From Pseudomonadales bacterium (GTDB lineage: Bacteria > Pseudomonadota > Gammaproteobacteria > Pseudomonadales > Porticoccaceae), in the NCBI GenBank assembly GCA_024234435.1, contig JACKOF010000002.1:61695-125694 (forward strand): DNA of 64,000 nucleotides. The letters run 5' to 3'. Positions 9,815 to 19,777 of the stretch are shown here, piece by piece. Position numbers and translations under genes: made by a program. The notes under the pieces are model-generated. The model saw nothing but the letters and a program-made list of their open reading frames with translations. It did no database searches and was not told the DNA's origin. Each line of letters opens with the position of its first letter. Within the stretch, counting starts at the first letter, position 1.

Positions 9815-10057
9815 ATGAGCAATATCGGCGACAGAGTACGTAGCCTGCTGGAAATACGCGGCATGCCAAACAAGCTTGAAAGCATGACTGGCATAGACCG
9901 TGACACTTGGCGCAATGTTCGTTATGCCAAACAAAAAGTCAACGAAGACCACATCACCGCCGTTTGTGAAGCCTTTCCGGAGTATCGTTTGTGGGTGGAA
10001 ACAGGTCACACGGCCCCGGATAAAGGCCAAATCTGTCCGGACAATTCGGACAAATAG
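9815..10057 (+). CDS. Small HTH repressor resembling the phage P2 C / Phage_CI_repr-type immunity repressor
   Basis: 80 aa. HTH region (IGDRVRSLLEIRGMPNKLESMTGIDRDTWRNV). The C-terminal YRLWVETGHTAPDKGQICP resembles the P2 C tail (recalled as Y.MWFMTNQIAPESGQIAP). Confidence 0.55.
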   Translation: MSNIGDRVRSLLEIRGMPNKLESMTGIDRDTWRNVRYAKQKVNEDHITAVCEAFPEYRLWVETGHTAPDKGQICPDNSDK

Positions 10058-10338
10058 TATTCACAGCTCATCTATGCCTGCTGCTCACGCCGAAACCTCT
10101 TTCTATCACAGCCTCCCTCATTATGCACTTGAGCGATCACCGCAGGCCATAAATGGCCGGTCAACGTGCTTCATTAACACATAAAAACAAAACACAACCA
10201 ACGGTTGTTGCCGTAACAGCAAACCACTTGGCATAACAACATATTGTGGTTATCATGCCCTGATTAGCACAATATAAGCGTAAGCCTCCGCTCGCAATTG
10301 GGCACGTTAAATAACAACTCTCGGTGAAAAACTAGGAA

Positions 10339-11280
10339 ATGACCCTGTTTAACCGGTTAAATAATAAAAAATCGTCAAAGAAAGGGGTTGTCGGGATAGA
10401 AGTTGGGGATAGAGGTGTTGCATTCGCACATCTGAAGCTTTCCCCCAGCTTGGCTCTGACAAGCTGTAATTACCTGACGGCTGCTGACGAAACATCCATC
10501 ATCTCGACTCTCAGGGAGGATATCTCTTCCCTCCATCTGGAGAACACCCCCTGTAATGTTGCCCTCTCAACAGATGATTACGCTCTTTTGCTGGTCGAAC
10601 CTCCCAAGGTGCCTGAGAATGAACTGAGGGATGCCATTCAGTGGAAGATCAAGGATCTTAGCCCAATTCCTATTGAAAAAGCCGTGATAGACGTCTTTCG
10701 CATGCCAGAAAATGCCGGTTCCGTCGGTAAAGGTATGGTATTTACCGTCGTCGCCAAAAAAGCGGCTGTTGAAAACCTGGTGTCTCTGGTTGAAGGTGCC
10801 GGTCTGAAAATGAACGCCATCGATATACCGGAGCTGTGCCTTCGCAATTTTGCTCTGCTCCAGCACTCGGAGCAAAGCATGCTGATTGCCAGGCTAATGT
10901 CTGACAATTCTCAGGTAACGGCCATATCCCGAGGCGAGTTGTACCTCAGTCGCTTATTTAACTTCCGCTACACGGGTGGTGTCATTTCTGAAGAAAGGGC
11001 CGAGAACCTGACACTGGAACTGCAACGTTCGGCAGACTACCTCCGTCATCAGATGCACCAGCCCACACCCAGCCAGATATTACTGCTGGGCAACGGACTG
11101 CAGGATCGCGACCTGCCTGAATCCATTAATGACAATTTCTCCGGTGAAGTAAAAACACTGGATATAAGCGATGCTCTCCCGATAACAGCAGGTGTTGACA
11201 GGCAAGTACTCAACCGCTGTGCCATTGCCATCGGTGCAGCCCTGCGCGACCATGTGAGCACCCTGGGAGTCAACCGTTAA
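10339..11280 (+). CDS. mshI: MSHA pilus biogenesis protein MshI (PilM-like, actin-fold assembly protein)
   Basis: First gene of a colinear msh operon. PilM-like N-terminus (VVGIEVGDRGVAFAHL). The call rests on position and order. Confidence 0.75.
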   Translation: MTLFNRLNNKKSSKKGVVGIEVGDRGVAFAHLKLSPSLALTSCNYLTAADETSIISTLREDISSLHLENTPCNVALSTDDYALLLVEPPKVPENELRDAIQWKIKDLSPIPIEKAVIDVFRMPENAGSVGKGMVFTVVAKKAAVENLVSLVEGAGLKMNAIDIPELCLRNFALLQHSEQSMLIARLMSDNSQVTAISRGELYLSRLFNFRYTGGVISEERAENLTLELQRSADYLRHQMHQPTPSQILLLGNGLQDRDLPESINDNFSGEVKTLDISDALPITAGVDRQVLNRCAIAIGAALRDHVSTLGVNR

Positions 11281-11882
11281 TGCAACAGGTTAACCTCTAC
11301 CGCCAGGAATTCAGCAGCACTACCGAACTGCCCGGCTTTCAACAGATGCTTCTCGCATGCGCAACAACTGTTATTCTGTTCACGCTTTTTTTCGGTGTGC
11401 AACTATTCCGCATGTACCAGCTCGACTCACAGATCGCAGAGGCCGAAGTCACCGCAGGGGAGCTGGTAAAAACCATCGAGAACATCAGCCTGTCTGCTTC
11501 GACAGCTGACGGCAGTACCAATGAACATAATATTGATCAGCTAAAAACCCGGCTGCTATATCTTCGGGAACTCACTACAGCACTGTTTAATCAGCCTGGC
11601 GACACCAACAGGCAAGGTTTTTCAAATCAGATGGACGGCCTTGTGCGCCAGCATGTAGAAGGCATTTCCTTGTCAAACATGCGGATTTTCAACGGCGGCC
11701 AAAATCTCGCACTACAGGGTACGGCATCCCCTGCAGAGAAGGCACCTCACTATTTAACGGCACTGCAGTCCGATACCGCTTTCAGTGGCGTCGATTTTGG
11801 TCAGTTGCAAATGCGTCGCAATGAACAAAACGGAGAAATAGATTTTTCCCTTCACCATCATGAAGCAGATGTGTCGCAATGA
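11280..11882 (+). CDS. PilN-like MSHA assembly protein (equivalent to the C-terminal half of long MshI proteins)
   Basis: The stop of mshI (TAA, 11278-11280) shares one base with this gene's ATG at 11280 (TAATG). Starts MQQVNLY, with a single TM (MLLACATTVILFTLFFGVQLF), typical of PilN/GspL-C proteins. Confidence 0.7.
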   Translation: MQQVNLYRQEFSSTTELPGFQQMLLACATTVILFTLFFGVQLFRMYQLDSQIAEAEVTAGELVKTIENISLSASTADGSTNEHNIDQLKTRLLYLRELTTALFNQPGDTNRQGFSNQMDGLVRQHVEGISLSNMRIFNGGQNLALQGTASPAEKAPHYLTALQSDTAFSGVDFGQLQMRRNEQNGEIDFSLHHHEADVSQ

Positions 11883-12499
11883 AAACGCAACTGAATAAAG
11901 CCAGAGACTGGTACGAGGGTCTTGTAACCCGTGAACGCTGGCTGGTGCTGGCGATGGCCGTCGTACTTGTCGCCCTGATTATGGACACGGTACTGATTAC
12001 ACCCGCGGGCAAGGCCATCAAACAAAAACAGGCTGCTTTGACCCACGCCGAAGAGTCGCTGAAAACCAGCCAGCTTCAACTCGACACCCTCAACAATGCC
12101 GCCAACAGCAACCCGCTAGCTAGCAAAGAAGCGGAACAAAACGCATTGCAAAAGCAGGTATCTGTACTCGAAAGCCGGTTCAAAGAATTATCGGAAGGGC
12201 TGATCTCGGCCTCTTCACTGCCCAAAATCCTTGAGGAAATGCTGCAGCAGGCTGGCAATCTGAGCTTGCAGGAAATGATCGTAGAACCGCCGGAAGCCAA
12301 AATCAGTGGCCTGTACAAGCACGCCGTTTCAGTGAAACTTTCCGGCGACTTTTTTTCCGTTATCAACTACCTGAAAGCACTGGAGAAACTTAACTGGAAC
12401 TTCTACTGGGAAGAACTGAATTACAGTGTGCACCATTACCCCGACGCTGAAGTTGAACTGAAGGTGTACACCCTCTCATCAAAAGAGGCCGCGATCTGA
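11879..12499 (+). CDS. mshJ: MSHA biogenesis protein MshJ (PilO-like)
   Basis: ATGA overlap with the previous gene. N-terminal TM followed by a coiled coil. Position in the operon. Confidence 0.75.
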   Translation: MKTQLNKARDWYEGLVTRERWLVLAMAVVLVALIMDTVLITPAGKAIKQKQAALTHAEESLKTSQLQLDTLNNAANSNPLASKEAEQNALQKQVSVLESRFKELSEGLISASSLPKILEEMLQQAGNLSLQEMIVEPPEAKISGLYKHAVSVKLSGDFFSVINYLKALEKLNWNFYWEELNYSVHHYPDAEVELKVYTLSSKEAAI

Positions 12500-12831
12500 T
12501 GTTTACCCGAATAACCGCCATAATTTTGCTGTTGTTGGCCAGCGCATTTGCAGAATCCGCTGTAGACCCCACGCGTCCACTCAACTATTCAAGCGGGCCG
12601 CAGACAATATCCAGCAGTCTGAATCTGGAATCCATTTTACATTCCAAGAATCGAAAAATTGCCATTATCAACCAGCAGGTGCTGGGCGAAGGTGACAAAA
12701 TAGGCGATATCAAGGTCACCAGAATCAACCCGCGCAGTGTGCAAATCACCCAGAACGGCGTAGCGCGAACATTGTCACTACCAGCAACTCAGGTAAAAAC
12801 ATCACCTATCGACAGCCAGCAGGATAAGTAA
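12499..12831 (+). CDS. mshK: MSHA biogenesis protein MshK (small periplasmic protein)
   Basis: TGATG overlap. Signal peptide (ILLLLASAFAES). Size and position immediately before the secretin. Confidence 0.7.
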   Translation: MFTRITAIILLLLASAFAESAVDPTRPLNYSSGPQTISSSLNLESILHSKNRKIAIINQQVLGEGDKIGDIKVTRINPRSVQITQNGVARTLSLPATQVKTSPIDSQQDK

Positions 12832-12832
12832 C

Positions 12833-14548
12833 ATGGGAAAAAACCAACCCTCAGCAAACCACAAACTGTTTAGCGCTTTTGTGATTGCAGGCTTTGCCTT
12901 GTTGTTGTCATCCTGCGCAGGCACACCTATTCCTACGCCGTCAGAGCAGGCTGTCGAGATGCTCGACAAGGCAATGGAAGACACCGGAAAACAACCCGAC
13001 ACCCCAGCCTCCGCAGCACTGAACAACGCCCTGCTTGCACCTCCGGCAAGCGAGTCCATGCCGACTACAGAAGCTATTGAGCGCTTTGATATTTCCGTCA
13101 GTCAGGTAAGCGCTCGCGCATTTTTTCTTGGACTGGTAAAGGGTACCAACCGTAACATCGTGGTTCACCCCCAGGTCAGCGGTGACATCACTCTGGAACT
13201 GAGCAATGTTTCCATAGAAGACACACTAAAGGTCTGCCGCGATATCTACGGCTACGAGTACAAGCTTAAAAATGGCATTTACACCATATTCCCGAGCGCC
13301 CTGCGCACCGAGATCTTCCCTATTAACTATCTGGATGTAAAACGTGTCGGCCTGTCAGACACCAGTGTTCTGGTAGGAAAGGTAGAGAGTTCTGACAGCA
13401 ACTCCAACGATAATCGCAACAATAACAATAGCAACAATACGGACAATACCAGCCTGCTGGGTATGCTTGATGATGGCTCCGGCGGTAAAAACCGCCAGTC
13501 TCCCAGCTCAACACCTGGCGCCCGTATCCAGACACTGACCAAAACAGACTTCTGGAGCTCGCTGCAACAGGCGGTTACCGCCTTGATTGGAGGGCTGGAA
13601 AACGGCCGTGATGTCACCGTTACACCACAGGCCGGACTGGTGATTGTGAAAGCGCTCCCCAATGAGCTACAGGTAGTAAAGGACTTTCTCGAACGTTCAT
13701 CACTGAGTGTGAAAAGGCAAGTGCTGCTTGAGGCCAAAGTCGTTGAAGTCCGCCTGAATGATGAGTTCAACGCCGGTATTAACTGGAACGCTATCAGTGG
13801 CGATCTCAATCAGTGGCACAACATCAGTTCCATAGACAGTGACGGCACAAGATTCATTGACGAATCACTGGATGACACCTTTTTCTCCGTACTCAAGGTC
13901 AACGACATTAACGATCTGCTGGATTTGATGTCTACCCAGGGCAGCGTTCAGGTTCTCTCCAGTCCCCGAGTAGCCACCGTGAATAATCAGAAAGCAGTTA
14001 TCCGGGTTGGCACCGACGAATTCTTTGTAACTGGCCTGAGCAGCGACACCACTACCGGTGGTGGCGACACCGTGGTCAACAGCCCGGACATTGAACTGAC
14101 ATCCTTTTTCAGCGGTATCGCTCTGGATGTAACGCCGCAGATTTCCAGCGAGGGCGAAATTATTCTGCATATTCACCCCGTGATCACTACCGTGGAAGAT
14201 CAGGTCAAAGAGTTGCGTATTGGCGATCAGCTGTTCAATTTCCCGCTCGCCCTGAGAGATATCCGTGAATCAGACAGCATCGTAAAAGCCCAAAGCGGTC
14301 AGGTTGTGGTATTGGGCGGCCTGATGCAGGATGTGGAAAACATCACCAAAGGCAAACGCCCCGGGCTCGGTGATGTACCTCTTGTGGGTCATGGCCTGTT
14401 TCGTACCAAGGCCTCAAAAAAGACCAAAACGGAACTGGTGATATTGCTAAAGCCAACCATCATTGACAACCAGTCAACCGCCAGACAGCTTCGCGAGAGC
14501 CGCGAGCGCATTAAAGCCATGGGAGAAATTTACCAGGAGCGTTTTTAG
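12833..14548 (+). CDS. mshL: MSHA secretin MshL (GspD/PilQ superfamily, lipoprotein type)
   Basis: Lipobox (LLLSSCAG). Secretin core (VQVLSSPRVATVNNQKAVIRVGTDEFFV, GGLMQD, GLGDVPLVG, ELVILLKPTII). Confidence 0.9.
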   Translation: MGKNQPSANHKLFSAFVIAGFALLLSSCAGTPIPTPSEQAVEMLDKAMEDTGKQPDTPASAALNNALLAPPASESMPTTEAIERFDISVSQVSARAFFLGLVKGTNRNIVVHPQVSGDITLELSNVSIEDTLKVCRDIYGYEYKLKNGIYTIFPSALRTEIFPINYLDVKRVGLSDTSVLVGKVESSDSNSNDNRNNNNSNNTDNTSLLGMLDDGSGGKNRQSPSSTPGARIQTLTKTDFWSSLQQAVTALIGGLENGRDVTVTPQAGLVIVKALPNELQVVKDFLERSSLSVKRQVLLEAKVVEVRLNDEFNAGINWNAISGDLNQWHNISSIDSDGTRFIDESLDDTFFSVLKVNDINDLLDLMSTQGSVQVLSSPRVATVNNQKAVIRVGTDEFFVTGLSSDTTTGGGDTVVNSPDIELTSFFSGIALDVTPQISSEGEIILHIHPVITTVEDQVKELRIGDQLFNFPLALRDIRESDSIVKAQSGQVVVLGGLMQDVENITKGKRPGLGDVPLVGHGLFRTKASKKTKTELVILLKPTIIDNQSTARQLRESRERIKAMGEIYQERF

Positions 14549-15469
14549 GTGTATGAAACACACTTCAACCTCCGCGAAATGCCTTTTTCGCTAACCCCGG
14601 ACACGCAGTTTTTTTACAACCGCGACACTCACAATCAGGCACTCAATACGCTGGTGTTTGCGCTCGAACAGGGAGAAGGCTTCGTTAAGGTGGTAGGTGA
14701 AGTCGGCACAGGCAAAACCATCCTGTGCCGCAAGCTACTTCGGGTGCTGGGCAAAAAATTTAAAACAGCTTATATACCCAACCCCTACCTGACACCGGAA
14801 GAACTCAAAAACCTCCTGGCCAAAGAGATTGGCGCCAATGTCACTACGCACATGCCCGCACACCGGGTTTTATCCGCCATCAACAACCGTCTGATCAAAC
14901 TGGCGGAGAGTAATCTGCGCGTTGTCATGATCATCGATGAAGCCCAGGCAATGCCGCGTGAAACCCTTGAAGCATTGAGGCTACTGAGCAATCTTGAAAC
15001 GGAAAAGAGAAAACTGCTGCAGGTCGTATTACTGGGCCAACCAGAGCTGGATGAACTGTTAAACAGGGATGACCTGCGCCAACTGCGCCAGAGAATTGTT
15101 TACCAGGAATACCTGCAGCCCTACGACCTGAAAACAGTCCGGCACTACTTGCGTTTCCGGCTGGCAGCCGCAGGCTACAAGCAGGGCACTCTTTTCTCCA
15201 ATGCTGCCGAAAAACTGTTGTATTTTGCCAGCAGGGGTGTTCCCCGATTAATCAACATTCTTGCCCACAAAGCGATGATTTGTGCATGGGGCTGCGGCGA
15301 CAATCGTGTTACCAGCTACCATGTCGCCAAAGCCATTACCGACACTCGGGAGAGCTGCACTCTGGGCAAGTTTTTCTCACTGCGCTGGCACCTGTTATGG
15401 CCTCTGGCCGGTGCTGCATCAGTGGCTATGGTACTGATACGCCCGGTGTGGCTGAGTGGCCTGTTATGA
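14549..15469 (+). CDS. mshM: MSHA biogenesis ATPase-like protein MshM (ExeA-type AAA)
   Basis: GTG start gives MYETHFNLREMPF (ExeA-like N-terminus). Walker A GEVGTGKT. Walker B MIIDEAQ. Confidence 0.85.
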   Translation: MYETHFNLREMPFSLTPDTQFFYNRDTHNQALNTLVFALEQGEGFVKVVGEVGTGKTILCRKLLRVLGKKFKTAYIPNPYLTPEELKNLLAKEIGANVTTHMPAHRVLSAINNRLIKLAESNLRVVMIIDEAQAMPRETLEALRLLSNLETEKRKLLQVVLLGQPELDELLNRDDLRQLRQRIVYQEYLQPYDLKTVRHYLRFRLAAAGYKQGTLFSNAAEKLLYFASRGVPRLINILAHKAMICAWGCGDNRVTSYHVAKAITDTRESCTLGKFFSLRWHLLWPLAGAASVAMVLIRPVWLSGLL

Positions 15470-15479
15470 GCGTGCAGAG

Positions 15480-16811
15480 ATGAGTCTGGTCAACAGCAGC
15501 CTGCAGAATCTGGAAGCTCGCCGCGGCGAGGAAACCCTCTCCAACTACGCAGCAGCCAGCATCAGGCTTGGTCACAAGGAAACCAACAACAGTGCCCGGA
15601 AATCAGTTATTGTCGGATGCCTTCTCGTCGGGCTGGCGATGACTATTTACCTGCTTCAATCCCGTTCGGATCAACCGGAAAAACTTCAGACCAGAGCCAC
15701 CACACAGGAGCTCCCCAACTCTGACCAGCCCGTGATTGTGAAGCTTTCAGCCCTTATTCAAGAGCCTTCCGCTTCTGAAAAGAGCCTCCGAGTTCACCCC
15801 CAAAGTCCTCATGCTATTGCAGAGAAACAACAGGCCGTTACACCAGAGCTGATCGAAAATACCGTCACTCTACTGCTGGCATCCGCCGCCGCTGCTCTCA
15901 AGTCTGACAGACTGATCACCCCGGAAAACACCAGTGCAAAAAACTATTATCAGCAAGCACTGCTGTTGCAACCCGACAACCAGACCGCGCAACAGGGCCT
16001 GAAAAATATCGCCACTCGTTACGCTGAACTGGCCCGCAACCAGTTTCAAAAAGGCCTGATCGAGCCCGCATTAAAGCTGATTGCCCTCGGGTTAACCGTA
16101 GAGCCCAATGACCCGGAGTTGCTGATATTGCGCTCGGAAATAGAAGCCTCACCAGAACCAATAGATATCCAGAATAACCCGCCTGGTAACACCACCATAG
16201 CTCAACAAATACCTGCAGCTTCACTGAGTGTTCAGCCAAGCAATGCGGGATTGGATAACCGACAACTCAAGCTGGCAAAAGATAAAGTTGCCAGCGGTGA
16301 CGTTGATGGCGCCATTAGAGACCTGGAACAACTGGCATCCACAGGCGAGATCGGCAAAAACAGCACTCGCCTACTGGCAAACCTGTACCTGCAACAGCAA
16401 CGACCACTGGATGCAGAAAAGCTGATTCAGCAGCAGACTGCCCTTTCGCAGGCCGAGGCTGCCTACCTTATTGCCCGCGCCCAGGTTCAGGCAGACAACC
16501 TGGCAGGCGCGCTCGCCACGCTGGAATCACAGCCACCCCTGATCCAGGATTACCCTGATTATTACTCCCTGTTGGCCGGCATCTATCAGCAGGGAGGGCA
16601 ATACCGGCAGGCAGTTGCTATCTACAAAAGATTAAGCCAGCTGCAACCGGAAACCTATACACACTGGCTTGGCCTTGCCGCAGGGCTGGATAGCCTCCGG
16701 GAGCCCACCGCACTGGCCGCTTTTCGAAAGGTGTTACCCATGATCCCTGAGCAACAGTCCGAACTGAAACACTACATCCGGCAACGACTCGAACAACTGT
16801 CAATCCAATAG
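15480..16811 (+). CDS. mshN: MSHA biogenesis TPR protein MshN
   Basis: ATG at 15480 (the track start 15456 overlaps mshM). One TM, then TPR-like repeats (NYYQQALLLQPDN, AVAIYKRLSQLQPE). Position. Confidence 0.8.
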   Translation: MSLVNSSLQNLEARRGEETLSNYAAASIRLGHKETNNSARKSVIVGCLLVGLAMTIYLLQSRSDQPEKLQTRATTQELPNSDQPVIVKLSALIQEPSASEKSLRVHPQSPHAIAEKQQAVTPELIENTVTLLLASAAAALKSDRLITPENTSAKNYYQQALLLQPDNQTAQQGLKNIATRYAELARNQFQKGLIEPALKLIALGLTVEPNDPELLILRSEIEASPEPIDIQNNPPGNTTIAQQIPAASLSVQPSNAGLDNRQLKLAKDKVASGDVDGAIRDLEQLASTGEIGKNSTRLLANLYLQQQRPLDAEKLIQQQTALSQAEAAYLIARAQVQADNLAGALATLESQPPLIQDYPDYYSLLAGIYQQGGQYRQAVAIYKRLSQLQPETYTHWLGLAAGLDSLREPTALAAFRKVLPMIPEQQSELKHYIRQRLEQLSIQ

Positions 16812-16823
16812 GTACCGAACAGC

Positions 16824-18560
16824 ATGACAGCCCATTCTCAACCACAACGCATTCGACTCGGTGACCTGCTGATTTCCCAACAGGTCATCACCCCGGAGCA
16901 ATTACAAGAGGCGCTCCAGGCACAAAAAGATTCCGGACAGAAGCTGGGGCAAGCTCTCATTTCACTGGGCTTTGTTGACGAAAGAACCGTTCTGGAAATT
17001 CTTTCACGCCAGCTCAACATTCCCTTCGTTGACCTTCACCATTACAACATTGAACCTGAGCAGGTACGCAGTATTCCCGAAACTGTTGCCCGCCGCTTCA
17101 GGGTCATTGTGCTAGGTGAAGAAAACGGCAAGGTTGTACTCGGCATGTGTGACCCGGCTGATATTTTTGCTATTGACGATGTATCCAGGCGCCTCGGCAA
17201 GGAAATATCACCCGTTGCCGTGGTAGAAGCCGAACTGCTGGACAGTCTTGATATGTCATATGGCCGCTCGGAGCAAATCCAGAGTCTGGCAGCCGAGCTG
17301 GATGAAGTCCTGAGCGAAGCAACCGTCGATATTTCCAACCTGATCAACGACGTCCCTGACAGCGATGCTCCGGTCGCTCGGCTGCTGGAAAGTATTTTCG
17401 AAGAAGCGATCAAGACCAACGCTTCCGACATTCATATCGAACCTGAAGAAAAGATTCTGCGAATCCGGCAACGGATCGACGGAATGCTCAGCGAACGCAT
17501 TATGAATGAACGCCGCATTGCAGGAGCGCTGGTGGTGCGTCTGAAGCTGTTGGCCGGTCTGGATATTTCGGAAAAACGCCTACCTCAGGATGGTCGCTTT
17601 CATATCAAAGTGAAAGGCCGTGATATTGATCTGCGGATGTCCACTATGCCCGTTCAGTACGGTGAATCAGTGGTGTTGCGGATACTCAACCACGCCGATG
17701 CCGTGCTTTCACTGAACAATAGTGGCATGCCAGAGCGGATGGTCGGCCGTTTTCGCGATTTCCTGCACCGCCCCAACGGGCTGGTACTGGTCACCGGTCC
17801 CACTGGCAGCGGTAAAACCACCACGCTTTACAGCGGCCTGACCGAACTCAATACCGCCGACAAAAAAATCATCACCGTAGAAGACCCGGTAGAGTACCGT
17901 CTACCACGTGTCAATCAGGTACAGATTAATGAAAAAATCGGCCTGACCTTTGCCAAGGTGCTGCGCGCCACCTTGCGGCAGGACCCGGACGTACTGCTGG
18001 TGGGTGAAATCCGCGACCGGGAATCGGCAGAAATTGCCATGCGTGCAGCCATGACCGGTCACCTGGTATTATCAACTCTGCACACCAATGACGCCTGCTC
18101 ATCACCGCTCAGGCTGGTAGACATGGGCGTCGATCCCTACCTCGTCGCTTCGTCACTGAAAGCGGTTGTCGCGCAGCGCCTGTTACGCCGACTGTGTGAT
18201 AAATGTGCAAAATCCCATCAGCCGGATGCAGGAGAAAAACAATTAATAGAAATGATTTCAAAACTCCGCGAAATCAAAGCGACCGATTACCGCACGGCCG
18301 TGGGCTGTCCGCACTGTTTTAATACCGGCTACAGGGGACGTGTTGGCGCCTTCGAATGGCTCGAAGTTAACGACGAGATGGCCGATCACTTGCGTGAAAA
18401 CAACAGCCGAGGTTTCCTCAAAGCAGTCCATCAAAGCAGAACTTTCCGCCCGTTGAGTGTTAGCGCCATGGAGTATGCCGAGAAAGGTATTACCAGCCTG
18501 TCCGAGGTGATGCGCGTATCCGCACAGCTGGAAGATGAACAACTGACGGATGTCGACTAA
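16824..18560 (+). CDS. mshE: MSHA extension ATPase MshE (GspE/PilB family) with an N-terminal MshEN c-di-GMP-binding domain
   Basis: Tandem RLGxxLL/KLGxxL motifs at the N-terminus. Walker A GPTGSGKTT. Asp/His boxes. Tetracysteine CDKC...CPHC. Confidence 0.95.
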   Translation: MTAHSQPQRIRLGDLLISQQVITPEQLQEALQAQKDSGQKLGQALISLGFVDERTVLEILSRQLNIPFVDLHHYNIEPEQVRSIPETVARRFRVIVLGEENGKVVLGMCDPADIFAIDDVSRRLGKEISPVAVVEAELLDSLDMSYGRSEQIQSLAAELDEVLSEATVDISNLINDVPDSDAPVARLLESIFEEAIKTNASDIHIEPEEKILRIRQRIDGMLSERIMNERRIAGALVVRLKLLAGLDISEKRLPQDGRFHIKVKGRDIDLRMSTMPVQYGESVVLRILNHADAVLSLNNSGMPERMVGRFRDFLHRPNGLVLVTGPTGSGKTTTLYSGLTELNTADKKIITVEDPVEYRLPRVNQVQINEKIGLTFAKVLRATLRQDPDVLLVGEIRDRESAEIAMRAAMTGHLVLSTLHTNDACSSPLRLVDMGVDPYLVASSLKAVVAQRLLRRLCDKCAKSHQPDAGEKQLIEMISKLREIKATDYRTAVGCPHCFNTGYRGRVGAFEWLEVNDEMADHLRENNSRGFLKAVHQSRTFRPLSVSAMEYAEKGITSLSEVMRVSAQLEDEQLTDVD

Positions 18561-19777
18561 TGCCAACGTTTAAATACAAGGGTCGTAACGTTGAAGGCAT
18601 AGAGCTGAAAGGCGTTATTGAAGGCAGCTCCACAGATCACGTGCTCTCACAACTCGCCAACCGTGGCATCACGCCTATCACGCTCACTGAAGCGCGGAAA
18701 AGCACCGAGCTGGACGTCATGGTCTACCTGCGCAGACGCCAAAAGGTATCAATGGACGAGTTGATCATGTTCGCTCGCCAGATGTACACCATTACCCGCT
18801 CGGGTATTCCTCTTATCCGCAGTGTGCGGGGCATTTCCGGAACCGTTTACAACCCGCGTCTGAAAGATGCACTGGACGATACCGCCGACAGACTCGAAAC
18901 AGGCATGTCACTGTCTGCTGCCATGCAACCGCACATAGACGTTTTTGGCCCCATGTTTATCAGTATTATCCAGGTAGGTGAAGACAGTGGTCGCCTTGAT
19001 GAAGCTTTCAAACAGCTCGCCGAATATCTGGAACGTGATCTGGGCACCACACGCCAGATTAAAACCGCACTTCGCTACCCCAGTTTTGTGTTGATCGCTT
19101 TTATCATTGCCATCACTGTAGTGAATATCTGGGTTATCCCTGCATTTGCAGGCATGTTTGACCGGCTCGGTGCCGAATTGCCACTACCTACCCGGATGCT
19201 GCTGGGGCTGTCTTCATTCTTTGTTAACACCTGGCCCCTTTTGTTGCTGCTGGTGAGCGGCAGTATTTACTGGTTCAAACGCTTTGTCAGAACCGAAGAA
19301 GGGGCAAAAAAATGGGGCAAGCTTAAAGTCACCATGCCTATCATTGGCGACATTATCAATCGCGCCACCCTGTCCCGCTATGCACGTGCCGTTTCATTGA
19401 TGCTGGCGGCAGGCGTGCCGGTGAACCGGGCAATGGAACTCAGCGCCCGGGCGGTCAACAACGACTATATGGCAGAAAAAATCCGCGGCATCCGTCACGG
19501 TATTGAGCGCGGCGAGAATATGCTTGCCACCCATACGGCGACCAATATGTTCACACCACTGGTGCTGCAAATGATCGCAGTGGGCGAAGAAAGCGGCAAG
19601 GTAGACGAACTGTTGAGCGAGGTGGGAGAGTTCTATGAACGCGAAGTGGATTACGACCTCAGTACGCTTACCGCCAAAATTGAACCTATCATGATTGTGA
19701 TGATGGCCGCTTTTGCCCTGATCCTTGCACTGGGCATATTTCTGCCCATGTGGAGCCTGTACAGTGTGCAGGCCTGA
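18560..19777 (+). CDS. mshG: MSHA platform protein MshG (GspF/PilC family)
   Basis: TAATG overlap with mshE. Duplicated GspF-type domains with three TM regions. Confidence 0.9.
   Translation: MPTFKYKGRNVEGIELKGVIEGSSTDHVLSQLANRGITPITLTEARKSTELDVMVYLRRRQKVSMDELIMFARQMYTITRSGIPLIRSVRGISGTVYNPRLKDALDDTADRLETGMSLSAAMQPHIDVFGPMFISIIQVGEDSGRLDEAFKQLAEYLERDLGTTRQIKTALRYPSFVLIAFIIAITVVNIWVIPAFAGMFDRLGAELPLPTRMLLGLSSFFVNTWPLLLLLVSGSIYWFKRFVRTEEGAKKWGKLKVTMPIIGDIINRATLSRYARAVSLMLAAGVPVNRAMELSARAVNNDYMAEKIRGIRHGIERGENMLATHTATNMFTPLVLQMIAVGEESGKVDELLSEVGEFYEREVDYDLSTLTAKIEPIMIVMMAAFALILALGIFLPMWSLYSVQA

Noticed and set aside
9475-10057. Possible intact prophage or integrative element signalled by the C/Cox-like pair
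   Set aside because: No integrase, replication, lysis or structural genes and no tRNA or att-like repeats are visible on either side. At most this is a remnant, and it is reported as an orphan switch instead.
13380-13450. Asn/Ser/Asp low-complexity run (SSDSNSNDNRNNNNSNNTDNTS) in the secretin MshL
   Set aside because: Flexible low-complexity linkers between the N-domains of secretins are common. I saw no nucleotide-level tandem repeat implying phase variation.
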